From the sequence record OR896157.1: DNA of 64,000 bases. One strand, 5' to 3'. The position numbers and the translations under genes were made by a program. Source of the stretch: a phage. The notes beneath the pieces are model-generated. The model ran no database searches, had not been told where the DNA came from, and saw nothing but the letters and a program-made list of their open reading frames with translations. Below are positions 61,121 to 64,000 of this stretch, in pieces (positions within the stretch are counted from its first letter, which is position 1; each line of letters begins with the position of its first letter).

Positions 61121-61134
61121 GGGCCCGAAGGCCC
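61121..61134 (-). terminator. GGGCC-UUCG-GGCCC hairpin
   Basis: Perfect stem between two minus-strand ORFs. Confidence 0.5.
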
Positions 61135-61139
61135 TATTA

Positions 61140-61412
61140 TTAAGCGGTGTAATCTTCCACCATTTCCATGATGTATTCATAATCTTCTTCGTCTTGGGCA
61201 TAAAAATCTTTAACCCAAAGACCAATGTCTACTTGATGACCAATTAATTTAATTTCTGGCCAGCCGCCGCCTTGACCACTTTCATTTACAACTTCAAATT
61301 TCAAACCACTAAATGGACTATTGAAACGAGAGCCGTCATCAAACTCTAAATCAACTACTTTACCGTTTTCTTTAACGAGATCGCATACAATGTCAATTAC
61401 AAGTTGTTTCAT
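61140..61412 (-). CDS. hypothetical acidic early protein
   Basis: 90-aa ORF downstream of a conserved early promoter. Confidence 0.55.
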   Translation of the reverse strand: MKQLVIDIVCDLVKENGKVVDLEFDDGSRFNSPFSGLKFEVVNESGQGGGWPEIKLIGHQVDIGLWVKDFYAQDEEDYEYIMEMVEDYTA

Positions 61413-61444
61413 TTTGATTTACTCTCTGTTGTTTTGATAGTGCT

Positions 61445-61474
61445 ATAATACCACATCCATGCGGTGATGTAAAC
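61445..61474 (-). promoter_or_regulatory. T4-type early promoter
   Basis: Minus strand GTTTAC-N14-GTGG-TATTAT. Confidence 0.5.
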
Positions 61475-61476
61475 GG

Positions 61477-61701
61477 TTAGTTGCAAATTTCAGAAATAGT
61501 GTCAGCCAAGAATTCGCCAGTTTCGTCAGCGCCTACGCAGTAAGATTCAGTTAAGAATTTTACAATTTTCTCACGAGGACCGAATACTTTGTATTCATAT
61601 CCCCATTCTACATCGCCTGCTAATTCACAGTTTAGACCGAATTTTTCAACTTCAGCTTCAAAATGTTCTTCATCTGCAACGCCGAGATAGATATGTGCCA
61701 T
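61477..61701 (-). CDS. hypothetical acidic early protein
   Basis: 74-aa ORF with GGAG Shine-Dalgarno downstream of a conserved early promoter. Confidence 0.55.
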   Translation of the reverse strand: MAHIYLGVADEEHFEAEVEKFGLNCELAGDVEWGYEYKVFGPREKIVKFLTESYCVGADETGEFLADTISEICN

Positions 61702-61733
61702 TTTGTTTTACTCCGTTTGGTTGGTGTAAGAGT

Positions 61734-61763
61734 ATAGTAACACAGCTTAAAGCGGATGTAAAC
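61734..61763 (-). promoter_or_regulatory. T4-type early promoter
   Basis: Minus strand GTTTAC-N14-GTGT-TACTAT. Confidence 0.55.
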
Positions 61764-61770
61764 GGCAGAA

Positions 61771-61832
61771 TTAACGTAACGTAAAAGTTACTTTAGGTGG
61801 GACTTGGGAGGTTAATGTAACGTAAACGTTAC
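61771..61832. repeat. two copies of a 21-bp near-palindromic element TTAA(C/T)GTAACGTAAA(A/C)GTTAC, 41 bp apart
   Basis: Copies at 61771-61791 and 61812-61832 match at 19 of 21 positions; each has the inverted repeat GTAAC...GTTAC. Confidence 0.6.
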
Positions 61833-61852
61833 TTAGTTCAAAAACAACAAAA

Positions 61853-61868
61853 GGAGCCCGAAGGCTCC
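61853..61868 (-). terminator. rho-independent terminator after gene 32 (GGAGCC-UUCG-GGCUCC then U-run)
   Basis: Hairpin followed on the minus strand by TTTTGTTGTTTTT, 10 nt after gene 32 stop. Confidence 0.6.
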
Positions 61869-61877
61869 TTCTTTTTA

Positions 61878-62798
61878 TTACAGACCGTTCAGCAGTTCGT
61901 CGAGGTCTTCATCACCGCTGGAGGCAGAACCGCCAGTTTCCATGAAGTCTTCAGCCGGTGCTGATTTCTGAGAACCTGCGTTAAAGTTCGCGAGGTCATC
62001 TTCAAAGTTGTCCAGGTCTTCACCAACCTTATCAGCCTGGGCAGAAGCGCGAGACGCGGCAGTACCCATAGCAGATGTACCCATAACCTGAAGGAATTTC
62101 TTCTGGTTATCTTCGAAAGATTTGAACTGGTCTTTCGCAGTCAGAGTAGACAGGTCAACCATTTGTTCCTGCAGCTGTGCTTGATAAGCTTCATCTTCGA
62201 TGTTAGGAATCTCAGATTGGCCAAGGAACTTGGATTCATCGTAGTTGCTGAAACCAGATACTTTCTTAACTTTCAGAACGAAGTTAGCACCTTCAAACGC
62301 ACAAGTTACGTCGATTGGTGTTTCGCCCATTTCAACGTCAACGGCAACCATTGCATTGATTTTGTCCCAAATTTTCTTACCGAAACGATATTTGAAGACT
62401 TTACCTTCGTTTTCTGGAGCAGCCGGGTCTTTAACAACCAGGATGTTCGCGTAGTAAGAAGTTTTGCGTTTCAACAGCTTGTATTCTTCGTTGTTGGTGT
62501 TATATGAATCATTCTTGGACAGATATTGACATACTGGGCAAGAATCATAATCACCGTGGGTAGAAGTACAGTTTTCAATGTACCATTTACCACCTTTCTT
62601 GAAGCCGTGATTCACTAGAACAGCGAATGGTACGCCTTCATCACCTTTACCTGGCAGGAAACGGATGACCGCTTGACCGTTACCAGCATTATCCAACTTC
62701 AGTTTCCATTCACCTTTATCTTCGGAGTTAAAACCTTTAGAACCAGACAGGGAAGCCAGTTGGGAAGCCAGGGCAGCAGGATTTTTACGCTTAAACAT
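61878..62798 (-). CDS. 32: single-stranded DNA-binding protein gp32
   Basis: [13 protein letters not shown]...[23 protein letters not shown]...[12 protein letters not shown] closely matches T4 gp32; acidic C-terminal tail. Confidence 0.97.
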   Translation of the reverse strand: MFKRKNPAALASQLASLSGSKGFNSEDKGEWKLKLDNAGNGQAVIRFLPGKGDEGVPFAVLVNHGFKKGGKWYIENCTSTHGDYDSCPVCQYLSKNDSYNTNNEEYKLLKRKTSYYANILVVKDPAAPENEGKVFKYRFGKKIWDKINAMVAVDVEMGETPIDVTCAFEGANFVLKVKKVSGFSNYDESKFLGQSEIPNIEDEAYQAQLQEQMVDLSTLTAKDQFKSFEDNQKKFLQVMGTSAMGTAASRASAQADKVGEDLDNFEDDLANFNAGSQKSAPAEDFMETGGSASSGDEDLDELLNGL

Positions 62799-62873
62799 AG
62801 ATTTTTACCTTTTTAATATTGACAGTTGGTGCTGCAACGTTTGTCCTTGCAGCTGGACGACGAGATAATTATA

Positions 62874-63512
62874 TCAATGTATAATTAAAGCGTTCTTGAA
62901 TATCTGAAAATCTTTATCTAACTTAGGATTCCATCCATTCTTAAACATATTTATTATGCAATTTCCGGTTGTAGAAGTGCAATATTTACCAGTTTCTTTA
63001 CTCATTAAAACCGGGCCTAAACGAGAATGTCGATGAGGACCGAAATACCAATCATAATAAATTTCAGAATTCAGCCAGTATAAATGAGCATTCCTTTTTA
63101 TAGTATGTGGATGCTCCCATGGTTTAAGTCCCTTTAAATGAGAAGATTCTTTCATTTTAGACTTATGTTTTTCGGTCTTTGGAACTCCCTTTAAGCACGA
63201 TTTAAAAGTTCCTTTTGCTTGAGATTTATTGAAAAACATTTCTGATTTAACAACATTCCACTTAATGTGGAGCTCTTCTTCAATATCTAATGAAGAATCA
63301 CCTTCATATAAAATATGAACTTTTGGTTTTTCCAATTCAATAGCATCTAAAAATCTTTGTTGATAGCAAGAGCTCCAATATTCTTTACCAGATGAATCAT
63401 ATATTACATTGTTTTCAATATAGCATTCTTGTTTTGAACCGATATAAAAATATGGAGGAGTTCTTGCATTTAATCTTGATTCAAAGGTGAACCAATAAGT
63501 TACTCCTTTCAA
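62874..63512 (-). CDS. hypothetical protein at the gene 32 / gene 59 junction (T4 segG locus); possible free-standing endonuclease
   Basis: 212-aa ORF between 59 and 32 where I recall T4 carries segG; weak GIY..YIG-like N-terminus (GVTYW...YFYIGSK); ATGA overlap with the gene 59 stop. Confidence 0.5.
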   Translation of the reverse strand: MKGVTYWFTFESRLNARTPPYFYIGSKQECYIENNVIYDSSGKEYWSSCYQQRFLDAIELEKPKVHILYEGDSSLDIEEELHIKWNVVKSEMFFNKSQAKGTFKSCLKGVPKTEKHKSKMKESSHLKGLKPWEHPHTIKRNAHLYWLNSEIYYDWYFGPHRHSRLGPVLMSKETGKYCTSTTGNCIINMFKNGWNPKLDKDFQIFKNALIIH

Positions 63513-64000
63513 TACTTACAATCCTTAACAGTTTTAATAAATAACTGCTTTGCTTCTTCTCTATCTACATTCAATATCTTTCGATACGCATGCAACTTCG
63601 TAGAGTAGTTTGACCAAACTAAGTTATTGGTTGCAGTGTCATGTTTATCTATCAAATCCAGAAACGAGTCCAGAATTATAAAAGTCTCGAAAGAGATGAT
63701 ATTACTTTGAAGTAATTTGAATATGTATGACGAGTTAACCTTATCATTATAATCAAATAATTCATTAAGCGATTTAACTTCAACTTTCTTGCTGAAATAG
63801 TAAATATTGCGAACATCTTCTTCGAAGTTCGACTTGATTAATTTCAGCTTACCAATATATTCACGATAAAACACTAACGCATCTGCATCGGAAATTTCAC
63901 CAATCCAGGCGTCCTGGTTAGCTACCAGGTTACTGATGAATATCAAGGTCAATTCTTTTAATGTGTACTTCTCAGATAACTTCTTGAAGAAGTATTTGTC
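63509..64000 (-). CDS. 59: gp59 helicase-loading protein, C-terminal part (5' end outside window)
   Basis: LIFISNLVANQDAWIGEISDADALVFYREYIG...YIFKLLQSNIISFETF matches T4 gp59; frame stays open to the window edge. Confidence 0.88.
   Translation of the reverse strand, partial: DKYFFKKLSEKYTLKELTLIFISNLVANQDAWIGEISDADALVFYREYIGKLKLIKSNFEEDVRNIYYFSKKVEVKSLNELFDYNDKVNSSYIFKLLQSNIISFETFIILDSFLDLIDKHDTATNNLVWSNYSTKLHAYRKILNVDREEAKQLFIKTVKDCKY

Noticed and set aside
22874-64000. Defence or anti-defence operon, CRISPR array or integrated mobile element
   Set aside because: No direct-repeat/spacer array, integrase, transposase or recognisable toxin-antitoxin pair; gene content is collinear with the T4 backbone

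Overview
This window is a contiguous segment of a T4-like (T-even type) myovirus genome, collinear with phage T4 from the 3' part of gene 7 to the 3' part of gene 59. The first ~22.8 kb is the plus-strand late structural block: baseplate wedge and short-fibre genes 7, 8, 9, 10, 11, 12, wac; neck and tail genes 13, 14, 15; terminase 16 and 17; sheath 18, tube 19, portal 20; head genes 67, 68, 21, 22, 23, 24. The rest is mostly minus-strand early/middle genes interleaved with late genes: rnlB, hoc, inh, uvsW, uvsY, 25, 26, 51, 27, 28, 29, 48, 54, alt, DNA ligase 30, ten small 30.x-type ORFs, rIII, 31, cd, pseT, a spanin pair, alc, rnlA, denA, nrdB, nrdA, td, frd, 32 and the start of the gene 59 region. 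Assignments rest on the supplied translations compared with T4 proteins recalled from memory, gene order, T4 late-promoter boxes (TATAAATA), a conserved early-promoter family, and GC-rich tetraloop hairpins; no database search was possible. I did not find a recognisable defence or anti-defence system, CRISPR array, tRNA or rRNA. The departures from T4 most worth a second look are: a DprA/Smf-like ORF coupled to rnlB, a tandem paralogous ORF pair inserted between frd and td, a Hoc with a duplicated Ig-like domain, an ORF-poor GC-rich island next to rIII, and paired near-palindromic repeats downstream of gene 32. td and nrdB are uninterrupted (no group I introns).
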